From contig RDEW01000006.1 of the NCBI GenBank assembly GCA_011109175.1, positions 1,448,133-1,512,132 on the forward strand: a stretch of DNA of 64,000 nt. Reading direction: 5' to 3'. Shown one piece after another: positions 1-13,004 of this stretch. Position numbers and translations under genes: made by a program. Below the pieces are notes generated by a model. The model ran no database searches. It saw only the letters and a list, made by a program, of their open reading frames with translations, and was not told the DNA's origin. Source of the stretch: Dicyema japonicum (taxonomy: Eukaryota; Animalia; Dicyemida). Position 1 is the stretch's first letter. Each line of letters starts with the position of its first letter.

Positions 1-975
1 AGGGGAGACTACGTTATGAAGAATCTACCAATCTTCGATATAGTACAACTCTGAGAAACATTGTTAACTCTATTAACAAAAATCAACCAGCAAATAAAGT
101 ATGGAAAGAAATAGTCGTTGCTATACAAAAAGCAGCCTGTAGTGTTTTGGGTCCTATCCCCAAACCCAGTCACAAACAAAGCAGTCCGGATATAAGACGA
201 ATTTCTGTAATACAAAAAAAGCTCAGGCTTCGATCCGAAAATACAAGTGCATCGGAAAAAATCAACGAGTTCCGCACCCAGAGAGGCAGATTCCTAATAA
301 AGAACAAACAAATACAAAAATTCTTTGCCAGAAGTGAAGCAGAAAATCAAATTTTTGAATAAAAAATTATAAAAATGGAACAATTATGTTTAATGCAATT
401 CGCTTTCTTAACAGAGGAAGGAGTTCGGCCTCGATACTGTCAACGATAACCTCGGCCGTACTGTTATTGGGGACATTAATAAAGCTAATATAATAGTTTG
501 ACCTTCTATTCAATATGCACAGCGAACCTGACAACAAAATGAAACAACTGAAACCTGACAAATACACTTTATTTCTCCAATAAACAGTTTGGTAGCTCTT
601 CAATCAAAAACTAAACACCGGAAGATTTGCAGGACCAGACAATGTCCCAGCAGAACTTTTAAAACACACCCTGGAGGAGCTAGCCAAAATGATCATCAAT
701 TTTTTGAATCGGTCTCTCCAGAAAGACAATACGTTGGAACTGGGAAATGGTGGCTAATACCTCTACAAAAACCCGGGAAAGTTAAAGGTCCCCTTTGCCA
801 CCTTAGACCAATAATTCTACTAACTTCCATACGCAAAACACTGTCTCTCATTTTTTTACACCAGATAAAAAACAAAGTGAACAAATTCCTGTCCCCCGGC
901 CAAAATGGATTTTGGACAGGCAAGGGTATATGTAGTGTGGGGAATAGATGGTATTGTGTTTTATGCCAAAAGTAT
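1..975 (+). mobile_element. Degraded non-LTR retrotransposon, RT N-terminal region (RTE-like)
   Basis: Translated pieces AGPDNVPAELLK and LIPLQKPGKVKGPLCHLRPIILLTSIRKTLS...LSPGQNGF match RT domains 0-2; frameshifted. Confidence 0.8.
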
Positions 976-984
976 AAAAATCTA

Positions 985-2010
985 TTGAAATACTTAAATA
1001 TAGTCCTTCCTTATTGGCTGTCAGCACAGCAACATTGTTTTCTCTGAGTACTCCAAGGATAATAACATCAATCTCATCATACTCTTTGGGCTCAAACTCC
1101 ACAACACATATGTAGTTATTTAGCAACAAGACAGCATATTATTTAATACTAGAAACAAACCTCTTGCATTTAGAGACGTCTTACATAATAACGCTGCTCT
1201 TCTAAGAATACCTTCAGTAATTGGTCGCTTTGTCTCAGGCATTATAAGGGATTTTGGAGTTTTGGTAACATCCAGATACATACATCCTTCGTGTTTCTCT
1301 AGGACTTTTACAAACTCGCTACATATTTGCGTGTTATCGCAGACTTTGAATAATTCAAATCTAGTACTATACTTTCAAAAAAATCCCTGGCACAGACCCC
1401 CATGGAGTAGTTCCCCGACTGTTCGAACATACATCTTCAGGTCAGCAATAAAAAGGTGATTTGTACTGAAATACCCTCACAATGAACTGGTATTTGCTCA
1501 AACCGGTCATTAAGGCGGCGAATCATGCTCCAAACAGAGAAAAAGAGCAGCGGAGACATGCAATCCCCTGAAGGATCCCCCTCTTGAGTTTTACCTCCTA
1601 TCCGGTGCTTATAGTTTAGATGAATACTCCACTTATTCATCACAGCTACTACGAAGCTGATGAACCACACAGGCATACGCACAGTACCCAACTGATTAAC
1701 GGAAAGAATGCTATTTGCTTCTACAAAGCTCCAAACCTCATTAGCCACCAATTTGGTCATCAGTTTATACATGGTTGGAGTGCAGGTCATCGGTCGATAT
1801 CTGCAGCAGACTGAGGGTTTGTCCAGTTTTGGGATCAAATAAATTGTCTCACTGCAGGTCCAATCAGGAATCGTTTCCGGGTTAGTGATGCATTTCTGTA
1901 ATACACCACACATAGACTCGTGCAGTGAAGTGCATTTTTTGATAAAGAAATTACAAACTTTATCTACCCCGGTCGTTTTCCAATCAGGGAGACACCTCAC
2001 TACCGCCTCA
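985..2010 (-). mobile_element. Degraded R4/NeSL-like non-LTR RT fragment
   Basis: PDWKTTGVDKVCNFFIKK...IPDW...YLIPK...YRPMTCTPTMYKLMT...NQLG and GDCMSPLLF. A related copy lies at 53020-53300. Confidence 0.8.
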
Positions 2011-2130
2011 AATTTATTGCGGAAATCGATTTTAAGTTTATATGTATTTTTTCTCAAATAAATTAAATAATATTTGATGGTTAACCATAAATTCATAATA
2101 AAATGTTATAAACATTCGGTAATTCATAAA

Positions 2131-2893
2131 ATGATTGGATTAATTGGTTTTTAAAAATTACTAATTAAAGGAATCGTACTATTATCTGAGCTATTCGTCA
2201 CCAACTCATATAATCATCGTCATCACAGAAACCATCATGACAATCGCCATAATAGGGACAACAATGAACACAACCAAGATCGAAACCATCATGATAATCA
2301 CCATAATAAAGACAACAATGAGCACAACCAAGATCGAGACCATCATGATAATCACCATAATAGGTACAACAATGAGAACAACCAAGATCGAGACCATCAT
2401 GACAATCACCATAATAGGGACAACAATGAGAACAACCAAGATCGAGACCATCATGACAATCACCATAATAGGGACAACAATGAGCACAACCAAGATCGAG
2501 ACCATCATGACAATCGCCATCATAATGAGCACAACGAACATAGAAACCATCACACTGATGATGCCAATAAAAATCATACTAAAGATCGGCAAAACCATAA
2601 CAATGCATATATTAGTGATTTTATTTATTTAGAACGACCACCACCATAACAATCGCAATGTATTAATGTAACTTTATTTTAGAACCACCACAATATAAAG
2701 TCAATTTTAATTAAAGTCACGTGATTATTCTTCCTGCAAATATTGCATTTACTATAAAAGCAAGGGACTCCAATATAGAGTTGTTAGTTTAATAATTCAG
2801 GCTTATTGGGCGAATGAGGATATCGACGTGAAGAGACTTGCCGAACAGTACTGCGTTAATAATGGAGAATGTCCGCCCACTTTGAACTCTTGA
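2131..2893 (+). CDS. Putative secreted His/Asn/Asp-rich repeat protein with micro-exons and a 4-Cys C-terminal tail
   Basis: ATG at 2131 plus a 24-nt GT-AG intron (2147-2170) gives the signal-like MIGLIGIVLLSELFVTNS, then HHDNHHNRDNNEHNQDRD repeats. Further introns at 2605-2632 (GC-AG), 2660-2682 (GT-AG), 2695-2716 (AT-AG) and 2780-2800 (GT-AG) give ...SRDYSSCKYCIYYKSKGLQYR/AYWANEDIDVKRLAEQYCVNNGECPPTLNS*. Confidence 0.7.
2233..2535 (+). repeat. Coding tandem repeat, 54-bp unit (18 aa), 5 full copies plus a partial
   Basis: Units begin at 2233, 2287, 2341, 2395, 2449 and 2503 (CATCATGAYAATCRCCAT...). Confidence 0.95.
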
Positions 2894-3808
2894 ATTCATT
2901 AACTTACTAATCTACTAACAGGGATTCATTGGGTTATAATAAATATTTATTGGTGATTTTCATGTCTTTAGAATATTTGGTATTTCATTATTATTACATT
3001 TTCTGAATAACTTAGTCGGTGAACCATCCTAAATGATATTTACCGATTGAATGAGTTAAAATTAATAACTTCTTCTGTGAAGGGACCAACCACTTTCGAG
3101 GTCTTTTCAGGTAAAAGGGCACAATTCTTAACCCACGTACCAACGACATGAGATGACTCAACAAAATCACATGAACCGCATTATAGTAAAGTTTGGATGT
3201 TAAAGAGAAAGTCAGGGATCACCTAATACTTTTCCTATATTGGTGATGATCAGTTATCATTTAATGACATTTGATGCACAAATTAGTTTCGTGCAATCGA
3301 CCATTAATAGTAGAGCATCTTTGTTTACATTTAATTTGTTTCATTATTCCTATGAATTTGATTTATTGTCACGTATTAGTATTTAAAAAATAATCAATAT
3401 CACCGAAAAGTGTGTACCATCAAGGACTGTTTAGGCCTATGTGCGGATGTTGAATTGAACCCATGGCAATTAACAAATGTTCAACTAAAAATCGATGGAG
3501 TCCAAACTCTGAGTTTTCTATAACATCCCAGTCAGTCCCGTTGTTTTCCTTAAGCTGGTATGTCAAATTCGACAGTTGAACTGCCACAAACAGATTTTGT
3601 AGTTAAATAAATTACTCTGGATTCTCACTGCACACAAAAAATTATTCCACTATCAAGATTTTAGCTCATAGTTAATGGAAATCCTTATGTTCTGCTTATA
3701 GATGATAATTTTTGGCATTTTTAGCCTAAAATGTCATGAGTTAAATTATATTATTTTAAGAAGACATAGATACCATTTTTTCCAGATTTCCAAATTTTTA
3801 GTTTATTT

Positions 3809-5221
3809 ATTTTTTTTTCATGATAAAAATTTATTAACAATAAAATATTATTCATTAACTATGGGGGAGAGCGGATGCTGACATCACGGAGTAAGCGTTT
3901 CCGCGAACAACTGCGATACCAATTCTTTGCCTCAGCCAGACCGCTTCCCGCACGTCTTTCTTGCGGTGGGCCAATTTTCCTCCGATTTCCTTTAGGAAAG
4001 AGGCTGTAATACTTCCGGCCGCACCAGACGTCTCGATTGCTACCGGTACAAAACGGTAGCGGTCTCTAATTTCGCCATATTTTTTAATCTTGATTTTCTC
4101 GGCCAGATCGGCTGCCGATCCAGCAGACTGCGCCGAGCTGAGCATCATCGAGTTCGAGAAAGAGTCCACAACAGTGCAGTCCCATACGAGCGATTTTCCC
4201 TCAGTGAACGGAAAGATGGATAACCCATCCGGTCTTTTCCCATCTCCGCGGTTTAAGCTCGCATGACAATGTTGTTCATAGCAGCATGGCGAGGTGCTCT
4301 GCCCGCACTCTTTTTGCACGAAAGTGGGGGCAGCCCTTTGGCATCGACGATCTCTCCACAGCGACATTGGTGTTCGACGCAAACATCAGCTCCCAGGCGT
4401 TGTGCGATCCCAATTCGAATACAGTCATCGTCCAAAAGGGTGCCCAGGAAGGAACACGGGAGTGCATCCAGCCATGCTCCGCTCCCATGGTTGGCGGCGG
4501 ACACGAGAAATGCAAGACGATGCTGGTTGGCCTCAGACTTTAGCACGTCGAAGATTTTCTTGGAGTAAATATCATCCCAGTCACGTTGCCTCGAAGGATC
4601 GTTTGGCATATCCAAACCAGTTTCACACCATTCGCAACGAGCTTCGTCGAAGCCTTTTTCCTAAAAAAGTCCGGTTGTAATACGTAGGATTTCTTGGACC
4701 AAAAGGCTTTCACTTGAAAGCGATGACACATATGCTGGATAGGCGATCTCCAGCACCTACCTGAGACTTGTTCCTCCGAGGCGTGTAGGAAGCTTGCATT
4801 GGTTCCAACTCAAAGTGGATGTTTAGAAGCAATTCAGCTGATTTTCTCAATGTCCAATCCAGTGACAGGAGGATGTCACGATGTTTAAAGCAGGGAGAAC
4901 ATCGGAGAAAACCAGTGAAGAATTGGTTCCGTAAGCGAGGAAGACAAATGGAATAAGTTCCGGGGCTCGTTTGCTTGTAGTTTCGAAAATTTGATCTCTC
5001 TTCAATGAATTGAAGGCATTGCAGATGTCCAGCTTGACCCCACTGTGTGGGTTTTGTTCGTCTTTCTGTCCAAAAAACACCTCGCAGCATCCGTTCCTTA
5101 CACCAACCCCCAGTTGGAAGGGGGAAAATTCTTCAGATATTCTCGGACAGACAATGCTGCATGCGATTTTTGCTGTCAGTCTTCTGAAATAGTTCCCGAC
5201 TGCGATGGGGCGGACCCCACC
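3809..5221 (-). mobile_element. 5'-truncated CRE-like non-LTR retrotransposon (RT + restriction-like endonuclease)
   Basis: RT motifs GGVRPIAVG...FQLGVG...KLDICNAFNS; then SGAWLDALP and a Cys/His region; RLE motifs RGDGKRPDG...LVWDCT...IKKY...FVPVAIETSG. A-rich tail. 13-bp TSD TTTTAGTTTATTT at 3796-3808 and 5222-5234. Confidence 0.9.
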
Positions 5222-5469
5222 TTTTAGTTTATTTGTTAAAAATATATTTTTGAAATTTAATACAGAATTTCTTGTTATGACGTGCGTGCTTGTTTCTACT
5301 GTTGACAAAGAAGCATTTTCAACGGATCTATCTACGAAAGATTTTGATAGAGAAACCAATTGTAACGTAGACCAAGTGGTCCATAGGCTATGTGGGACTC
5401 AAAAAAAACTACCTCCTGGTCTGGTGTCACAGCCACATTGACGTGCAAATCTCCTTTCTTTAAATGCTG

Positions 5470-6860
5470 TTATTAAGTGGATTATAAAGACAGAGTTGAA
5501 TGGACTTCTGAAGTTGTTCGAGCTACTCAAGCAATATTCAGGAGAATCATTCGTGGTAGCTGGTCGTTAATCACTCGGACTTTTAATGAAAAGTTTGGTG
5601 TGTCGATTGCAATCGATTGCAAACTTGAAGAGTTTGGCCAAGGTAAACTCGTCAAAATCCAAGCCCTCTATGAATATTAATCCTGGGAATAATGCATACA
5701 TCACAGAAATCTCTAATTTTAGAGTTTGTTCAAATGAATTTTATGTCAAAATTAATCGAGCAAAATCCATGCTTCTTGAATTACGGAAGCCTATCAAAAG
5801 TCCCCTTCCAACTTCTCAACAAAGAAATTCTCTCGGATATTAACTCTTTAATATGGCAATATATCAATTCCTACCCTCCTGCTAATTTGAATGATAATAC
5901 AAATATCATTTATGCTGGGCAGTTAACACATGATGCTCTCTCAATCTACGAGAAAGAAGAGCCAGTGGGTTGAACGCATGCAAGGAAGAAATCTAAAGTT
6001 GAATAAACATCTCAAGCAAATCTCGATGCTTGTCGAACAGAAGAAAAATAAGAGGTTCGATGACGATACGAGGGATACACTGTGCCAATATGGATATCGA
6101 AAGTCGAAGAAGGGTGAATTGGGAAGAATAGTTAGTTACATTCAGGATGAAATAAAGATTGTGGAAAAAAACTCAGATTAAATGAATCCCGAAGAAATTC
6201 AGGAAACAAAATTGTTGTTTCAAACTCAATCTGAGGTTTTTTTACAGAAAGTTAAATGTAGAAACCAGGGATGCCATATTCTGTTTTAATGAAAGTAAAT
6301 GTCTAGCATTTTGGAAAAATATTTGGTAGTATGATATCAAGGAGAACACATATCCGATGAGTAGGAGAGTTACTGGAGTAGAAGACACATTTGTAGACTG
6401 CAAGAAAGAAGATATCCTTGAAATAATTAAACTCCTGTTTAATTGGAAAGCCAGTGGGTGTGATGGGGTTCTTTCTTAAAAGATTTACTTCAATCCATGA
6501 TAAATAGATGTTAAGAAAGCATTCGATTCTGTAAATCATGACTTTTTATACAGTCTTGGACAACTCTGGATTCCCATACTGAATCGTGAGTTACATCAAG
6601 AATTTGGTAACCAAATGGAAAATCAAACTCAACTTTAATCAAAAAGAAATTGAAACGAGGGATCTTGCAAGACGATTCGTTGTTACCACAAATCTTTGTA
6701 CTTTTGTTGAATCCTCTCAGCAGGATTTTGAATGCAAAATACCCAAAGGTGACCATAGATTGCCATGATTGAGGATCTCTCGCGTATGCCACAAATCATC
6801 TACTGTTCATGGACGAATTGAAAATATTTTCCCACAAAGAGGATACAATGTTGTTTATGA
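5470..6860 (+). mobile_element. Degraded R4-like LINE (N-terminal region to RT)
   Basis: WKASGCDG, DVKKAFDSVNH and ATNHLLFMDELK in shifting frames. Confidence 0.7.
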
Positions 6861-7560
6861 TGAATGAAGTTAATATGTTCTTGGAATTTTTCGAAAGAGT
6901 CAATAATTAGACTCCCCCTCTTGTCTGCCGACAGAGTACTGAACCATTGGGGATGTTTGGCGTTGAAATCCCCACATAGTAACACATTCCGAATTTCTTG
7001 TAGTTTGTCGAGCTTCGGAACATAGTTATTAGGACAGGATCCCAGCTGTGGAATGTAAACGTTGATTAGAATAAGATGTTCTGACCCATTAATAAGATCA
7101 ATAGAAATTTGTCCCGCAGTTCTGTCATGTAGAATTAAATCATCCACTCACATCATGGATGGATAAACCGTTTTTAATAGTGGTAAGCCACCACCACGTC
7201 CAATACGGTCTTTCTGATATGTATCCAGGAAAAAGTGGGGTATCCAGGAAAAAAAGAAAGTTTTGACTCCCGGATAAGGAAAATGTCAATTTTTTGTTTC
7301 GATAATAGACATCGTAACTCCAGAATCTTTGTTTTTTATACCGTTAGCATTGAGTTGCATAATAAAAAAGGGTTTTGGTCCAGAATTTTGTTCAATATCT
7401 CCAGAAAGCAATAGAATCCAGGAGAACAAACGACATATCGAGTTTCCAGTTGAGGTATATTATCCAGGCATGCGAGGAGTCTGGATGGGGAAAAGAAAAT
7501 GGTTTATTTTGGTGAAATTCGAAACTGTGCGCCACCAGAATAGGTGAACCACATGACGCT
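6860..7560 (-). mobile_element. APE endonuclease region of an APE-RT LINE (I/Jockey-group-like) with 2A-like motif
   Basis: WILLLSGDIEQNSGP directly before MQLNANGIKNK; then LILINVYIP...LLCGDFNAKHPQW. Confidence 0.8.
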
Positions 7561-7745
7561 AAGATTTCCAAATCACTGTCTCGAAAGAAAGGCACCCTGA
7601 TAAAATTCCTCTGTAGATACAAATAAGGTACTTCCTGAGGGTAATTATGTCGCTGATGGAACACTCAAAAGAGTTTGGGAGATATTTAAAGCTGGTATCA
7701 ACTAATTATTTGGTTTAACTTTTTTTTGCTTTGTGTCTTTTTTAA
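7560..7745 (+). mobile_element. 3' end fragment of the APE-RT LINE family
   Basis: Homologous to 28151-28303; ORF ends ...AGIN* followed by a T-rich 3' UTR. Confidence 0.65.
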
Positions 7746-7779
7746 ATTCTAAGATACGTTAATTTGATCGGTCATCAGT

Positions 7780-10135
7780 TCAGATTCATGGAATTGAATG
7801 TTGTTAGCGTAGTGTCATGTGGCTCACCAAAAATGGTGTCACCCATTCCAAAAAAGAACGAAAAGAGCCAACAGCTTCTCCCCACCGTCCGGTGGTCCCC
7901 TCAACTTATGTGTCTCCAACCCTATCTGGTGTCACCTTTTGTCCAGACTTCTGATTCTTTTATGTGGAGACGTCAAAACCAATCCTGGTCCATGGAGAGA
8001 TTTGACAACTATACAACTGAATACGAATGGGATCAGGAGGAAAATCTTTGAACTCCTGGCACTCCTCCGCGAAAATGGGGCTGATCTCGCTTTAATACAG
8101 GAGTCCAAGCTATCTCCCTCTATACCAACACCTTCTTTTCCCGGATACACAGTGCTCCTTAAAGATCGTCAGGGAAGACTGCCATTCAGAAAGCTGACCA
8201 TATTTTTATTCCTGTATCGTCATACAAGAAGTTCATTCTTACCCTCAGCTCTTATACAATAAGTCTTACAATACAAAGAGACCGGTTGAAGAGATGCCAT
8301 CTGATGGACCTGGAGTCTTTGACAGCCCTCAGACAACTAAATAAAAGATCTGTCAGAGCATAAAAGAACACAAGGACAAGAGATGGCAGCATCTAGTTAA
8401 CCACCTCGACAGGAAAAGCTCATCCCGACATTTCTGGAAAACTCTTAAACAAGTCAAGTCGGAGCTGGATGATGCAGACGGAACCAGAAAGCCTTCTCCT
8501 GAACACTTATTTCATCCTAACACCCTTATTAAGTATTACGCTGAAATTAACTTCAAAACCTTTTCGAAACACCTGGACATTAGGGTGCCTGCCCATAAAC
8601 CAAAGAAAGAACCTTACCACGAACTATTCTCAGATGACCAAGTCTTGGATGTTATCACCAGATTAAAGAGCTCACGGGCGTGGGCCTGACAAAGTATCTT
8701 CTATTCACCTAAAACACCTAAGCCACTACGCAGTTGGCTACCTCACGCATATATACAACCTGTCCATTAACTATAATATTATTCCAAGATTTGGAAGAAT
8801 TCTATCATCAGACCGATATTGAAGGCTGGGAAACCAGAGACAGAACCTGCATCCTACAGGCCTATTTCCGTTACCAGCACACTGTCAAAAATTATGGAGA
8901 AACTTGTATTATCAGTCATTATTCCGTATCTTCCGCGTCCTATATTTCAACATGGTTTCCTCCGCGGTAGGTCCACCGCTACATACTTGGCAACTTTATC
9001 GCAGTTCATTGCCGACGGTTTTAACACCCATCCTCCGCCTCACAAACGCACAATCTTGGTTTCTATTGACATCAACAAAGCCTTTGACACTGTTTCGAGG
9101 AAAATCTTGGTTGGAAAAATTTTCTACTAATATTCGTCCGAATGTGAAATTATGGCTGGCCAACTTTTTGTCTGGAAGACGTGGAAGAGTAGTCAGCGGT
9201 GATCTCAGATATAGATCACGATTACTACTGAACGGGGTACCCCAGGGGTCTCCACTTTCACCAATTTTATTCAACCTTTTCCTACACGACCTACCTAATG
9301 ATGGAGACGAAGATTCCCTGCTATTATCCTACGCAGACGACGTAGTCATTGCAATACGGAACCGCTCGACGCAAGTCGCATCCCTTAAAACTCAGACAAA
9401 ATTGAACATTTTCCACGATTGGATTGTTGGCAATCGACTAACGATTTCTGCAATCAAGTCTATCTGTTCCACATTCACGTCGGACCGTCGTTCCAAGGAT
9501 GAACCGAGTCTTTCATTGGTCCCACTCGGATTCCAGTGGCAAGTCCCCCACTGTCCTTGGAGTCAAGTACGACAGTCTACTCAATTCAACTCCCACGCAA
9601 AAGACATGATTACCAGGGGCCTCCAGAAAATTAACGTTTTTCGCGCCCTTGTCCGGAGAACCCCGAGGAATATGAGCTTTTCTGTTTCTACCAACAAACA
9701 ATCGCGCCTGCCATTGAGTATGCCTCCGTTGCATGGAGATTCGGGCTATCGGAGTCTTTGGTCCAAAGAATCAACTCGATATACTGGAAAACAATCAGTA
9801 TGCTTTCCCCACGTAATGAATCAACAGTCGACCCACTACTCATGGAAGCTAAGATCCGTAGTCGTGGTTCCTGATTTCTTCGCGTTTGTGAGGAAGATGG
9901 AAACCCGCTTCGCCTGAATTTCCATGGCAAGAGAAAACCGATTGGATAGGAAATTCCCCTCCCCGATCGGATTCCTTTGCAAGACTGAGAGAAGGCTCTT
10001 CCGGAAAGTAGTGGGGTCAATGGAAGATCACAGACGTCGAATGGCACAATTGATTGCGGGACTGGGATCACCTAACTGTTTGACTCTTTTGTCTTTCTTT
10101 CTCGGTGTTCCCGGGGTTATTAAAATAAATAAATC
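7780..10135 (+). mobile_element. Near full-length degraded APE-RT LINE with N-terminal 2A-like motif
   Basis: LLILLCGDVKTNPGP, QLNTNG, LIQESKL (APE). SYRPISVTS, QHGF, DINKAFDTV, GVPQGSPLSP, YADD (RT). Ends in the family tail GGGATCACCTAA...GGGGTTATTAAAATAAATAAA. Confidence 0.9.
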
Positions 10136-11269
10136 AGTTCAGATTTTAGTTACTGTAAAACGTGCTAAAACAGATATCGTGCTATATAAGTAGTTGGGGT
10201 AAACAACTATTATAATGGTGAGCACCAAGACCGTTTGCAGAAAAGCTGAATACACTCTACTCACACGAATTCCATGTTATTCCTTATGCGATTTGGCTAA
10301 GTTCCATAAGAAGTACTTAAGACAGTTGGAAGTGCGTGAAACATCTTACAACAACTGTGCTTAAGAGAACCCTTGTGAGCGTGTTCCCCAACACACGTCG
10401 TGTGAGTCTTCTTGTGTAACCTACAGTGCAAAAATATAATAAAAAGTTGACTAAAATTTTCGCTAGAAGCGAAGACACGTGAGAGGAATTAGTGATTATA
10501 ATTCTATTGGAGTTAGTTACGAGTTGGTGTGGAAAAACTAAAAATTCTCTAATTCTGGTGTCTTCTCTTGATCTTTTGCAAAAATTTGCGCAATATCTTG
10601 GTTATTATTTTTAGTGCTCAAGGAATAAAAGACCGGGAAATCATACAACAGTGAACTCCTGATCAGCCCATACAGATAAACATTGAACACCTGTCTGTTG
10701 AACACGGAATAGAATCCTTCAGCATAAATAATTTCTGCCTAAGTTATCTTCAATACCAGTGGAATTGGTGACTTATTTAACATCCCAACACCACGGTAAA
10801 GTCAAACTAATTATCACGTGATGCATTCTAACAGCGACTTCTCGGATGAATTAAACCACAAGAAAATATAGTGTAATAAACTGAACTATAACCCGAAACC
10901 CGGTTAATTATGGCTTTGCACGCATGTGGTTATCTCATAAAAGTTTTCATTTGGTTATACCTAATTTTGTCTCAAACCACATATAACCATCAATCAGGAT
11001 CTTATAACTAAATGACAATTATTGATTAGTTGAGTACTACGATTATAAATGAACTCTATTCAATAGCTAATCCTAGATCAGTCACTTACTCTTACTCGAC
11101 AAACCAAAAAGCATTATATAACCTTCAATGGAGAGCAGTGAGATTCAAACCGGTAAACTTATGAATTTTGTCCGATTTAATAAATTAATATTAATTAATC
11201 ACTCTATGTCATGGTCGTTACAAAGCAAGTGTATCTGGAGAAACTCTTCATCTAATTCCCGTCATAAGC

Positions 11270-11470
11270 AAACTCACGTAGTCAATCCAGATCTTCTCCC
11301 TCTTTGAGGCATCTTTTAACATTTTGGCGATCCCTGGACCATAGGAGGGTAGTCCTCGGTCGTCCAAGGAATCAGGGAACTTAAGTGACGAAGATCTACA
11401 TGACTACGTTACCTGGGTGTCCAGGTCCATTCTCAGAATATGTCCAAAGAATCTCTATTTAGCTTATGTA
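11270..11470 (-). mobile_element. RTE-like LINE 3' fragment
   Basis: FFGHILRMD motif; similar to the reverse complement of 14110-14300. Confidence 0.6.
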
Positions 11471-11745
11471 ATTTCAATCGAGATTTGGAACTCTTAAGAA
11501 ATAGGTGGATCAACTAGAATTTGAGAGCATAACGGAATCACCATATAGGTAGCGATGTGTGAATCAAACCTACGTCTAATGGCGACTCTACGACAGCATT
11601 GAGGACTATGACTGTTGGTCACCGATTTTTATTATTTAACTGATTATTTCACAAAATTGTATAATTTGAGTCTTGGTAATAATATTAAATTAAATTATAA
11701 AATTAATAAATTTAATAAAATAAATATAGTTACACAATTTTGTTT

Positions 11746-12044
11746 ATGGTGAAAGAGTAAATTGGTTATAATATTGCAGGAATAATAACGTCACTATCAA
11801 ACCTGATTCCCCAGAGGATGGAATCCCAATAGATCACGCTGCTATCATTCAGCGGAGACTGAGGAGACAAAATAAATATTTCGATTCTGGGGATTACAAT
11901 ATGGCCAAGGCTAAAATACAACCTGGAAGTGACAAAGATAAGGTCTTGAAGAACTCAACTGGTCGCGTCCACCCCACCCCTTCTGATATCCCCCGTAAAC
12001 AATCCAGCTCTTCCCTTCCTCCCCCCTTTGGAGAGGACGTCTGA
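11746..12044 (+). CDS. ENSA: Alpha-endosulfine / ARPP-19 family PP2A-B55 inhibitor
   Basis: MVKE, 23-nt intron (11757-11779), then NNNVTIKPDSPEDGIPIDHAAIIQRRLRRQNKYFDSGDYNMAKAK...STGRVHPTPSDIPRKQSS...EDV*. The diagnostic FDSGDY Greatwall site is intact. Confidence 0.95.
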
Positions 12045-13004
12045 ACTGCTTTACTGATAAATGTTCTTAGTTTTATACTGTTTTCTTTATAATTGAAATA
12101 CTATCAATGGAATTTTAGTGGATTATCAGGATTAGGATTATTTTATCATTCTAGAGTAACCAACTGGGTCCTTTCCCCTTATCACAAGGTTACTACCATG
12201 ATTGTGACTCTTCTTCTTGAAGGACTCCACTGTTTTATTCATATGTCTTTGTTTGTGTAGTAAGTGGATATTGGATGTCTTGTGCATCCTGAGATCTCTT
12301 TTGCCTTTATTCCGTCTAATTATTAACTTTAAAAGGGACACATAAGTAATCAATCATGTAATCCCTAGTCATTGGTTTAATCCAAATGTAGTCTTCTCGA
12401 CAATACACTTAATTTCCGGGACATTTAGTTATTCTTCATTCGATTGACGATGTTGTTAATGGGTAGAATAATTATTAAAAATAATTTAGTCAGGGATTGT
12501 TATTAAGTCAAGAAATCACCATAAATTTATAAAAAGTCATCAGGTCTCATAAGTATCCACATCTTTTCCCGGTGTTTCTTTGGATCAACACACTTTCGAT
12601 AGTTTTGTTGTTCTCTTGATTTCCCGATTGAGATGAGCGTGATCTCCTTATAAGGAACTCTGAAAAGATTGGCCTTGTCATAACGCCGGTAATTCGATAG
12701 ATAGATTGGGTAGTTATTGAGTGAACAATGCCAAGTTTCAAAAATAAAAAGATTAAACATTTTATTAATAAACCATATAATCGTTGACCAATATTTCTCA
12801 ACCTGGGTGATATCTATTTATTATTTTTATTTATTTACCCCTAGTCCATCCGAGTTAAAGAAACTGGTGGCATCTAATTTAGAAGATTATTATTATTAGC
12901 ACTTTCACGAGAGCCATAATATTCATACATAATATTTATATATAATAATTGATTTTTATTCAATTATTAATATTTTATAAATTTAATATAATACAAAATT
13001 AGTT

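Noticed and set aside
2206-2632. Hydrophobic 130-aa (-) and Thr/Ile-rich 131-aa (+) ORFs
   Set aside because: Shadow frames of the 54-bp repeat. Only the His-rich frame links to a start exon and signal peptide.
12138-12801. Short minus-strand ORFs next to ENSA
   Set aside because: No consistent splice model and no recognisable homology.
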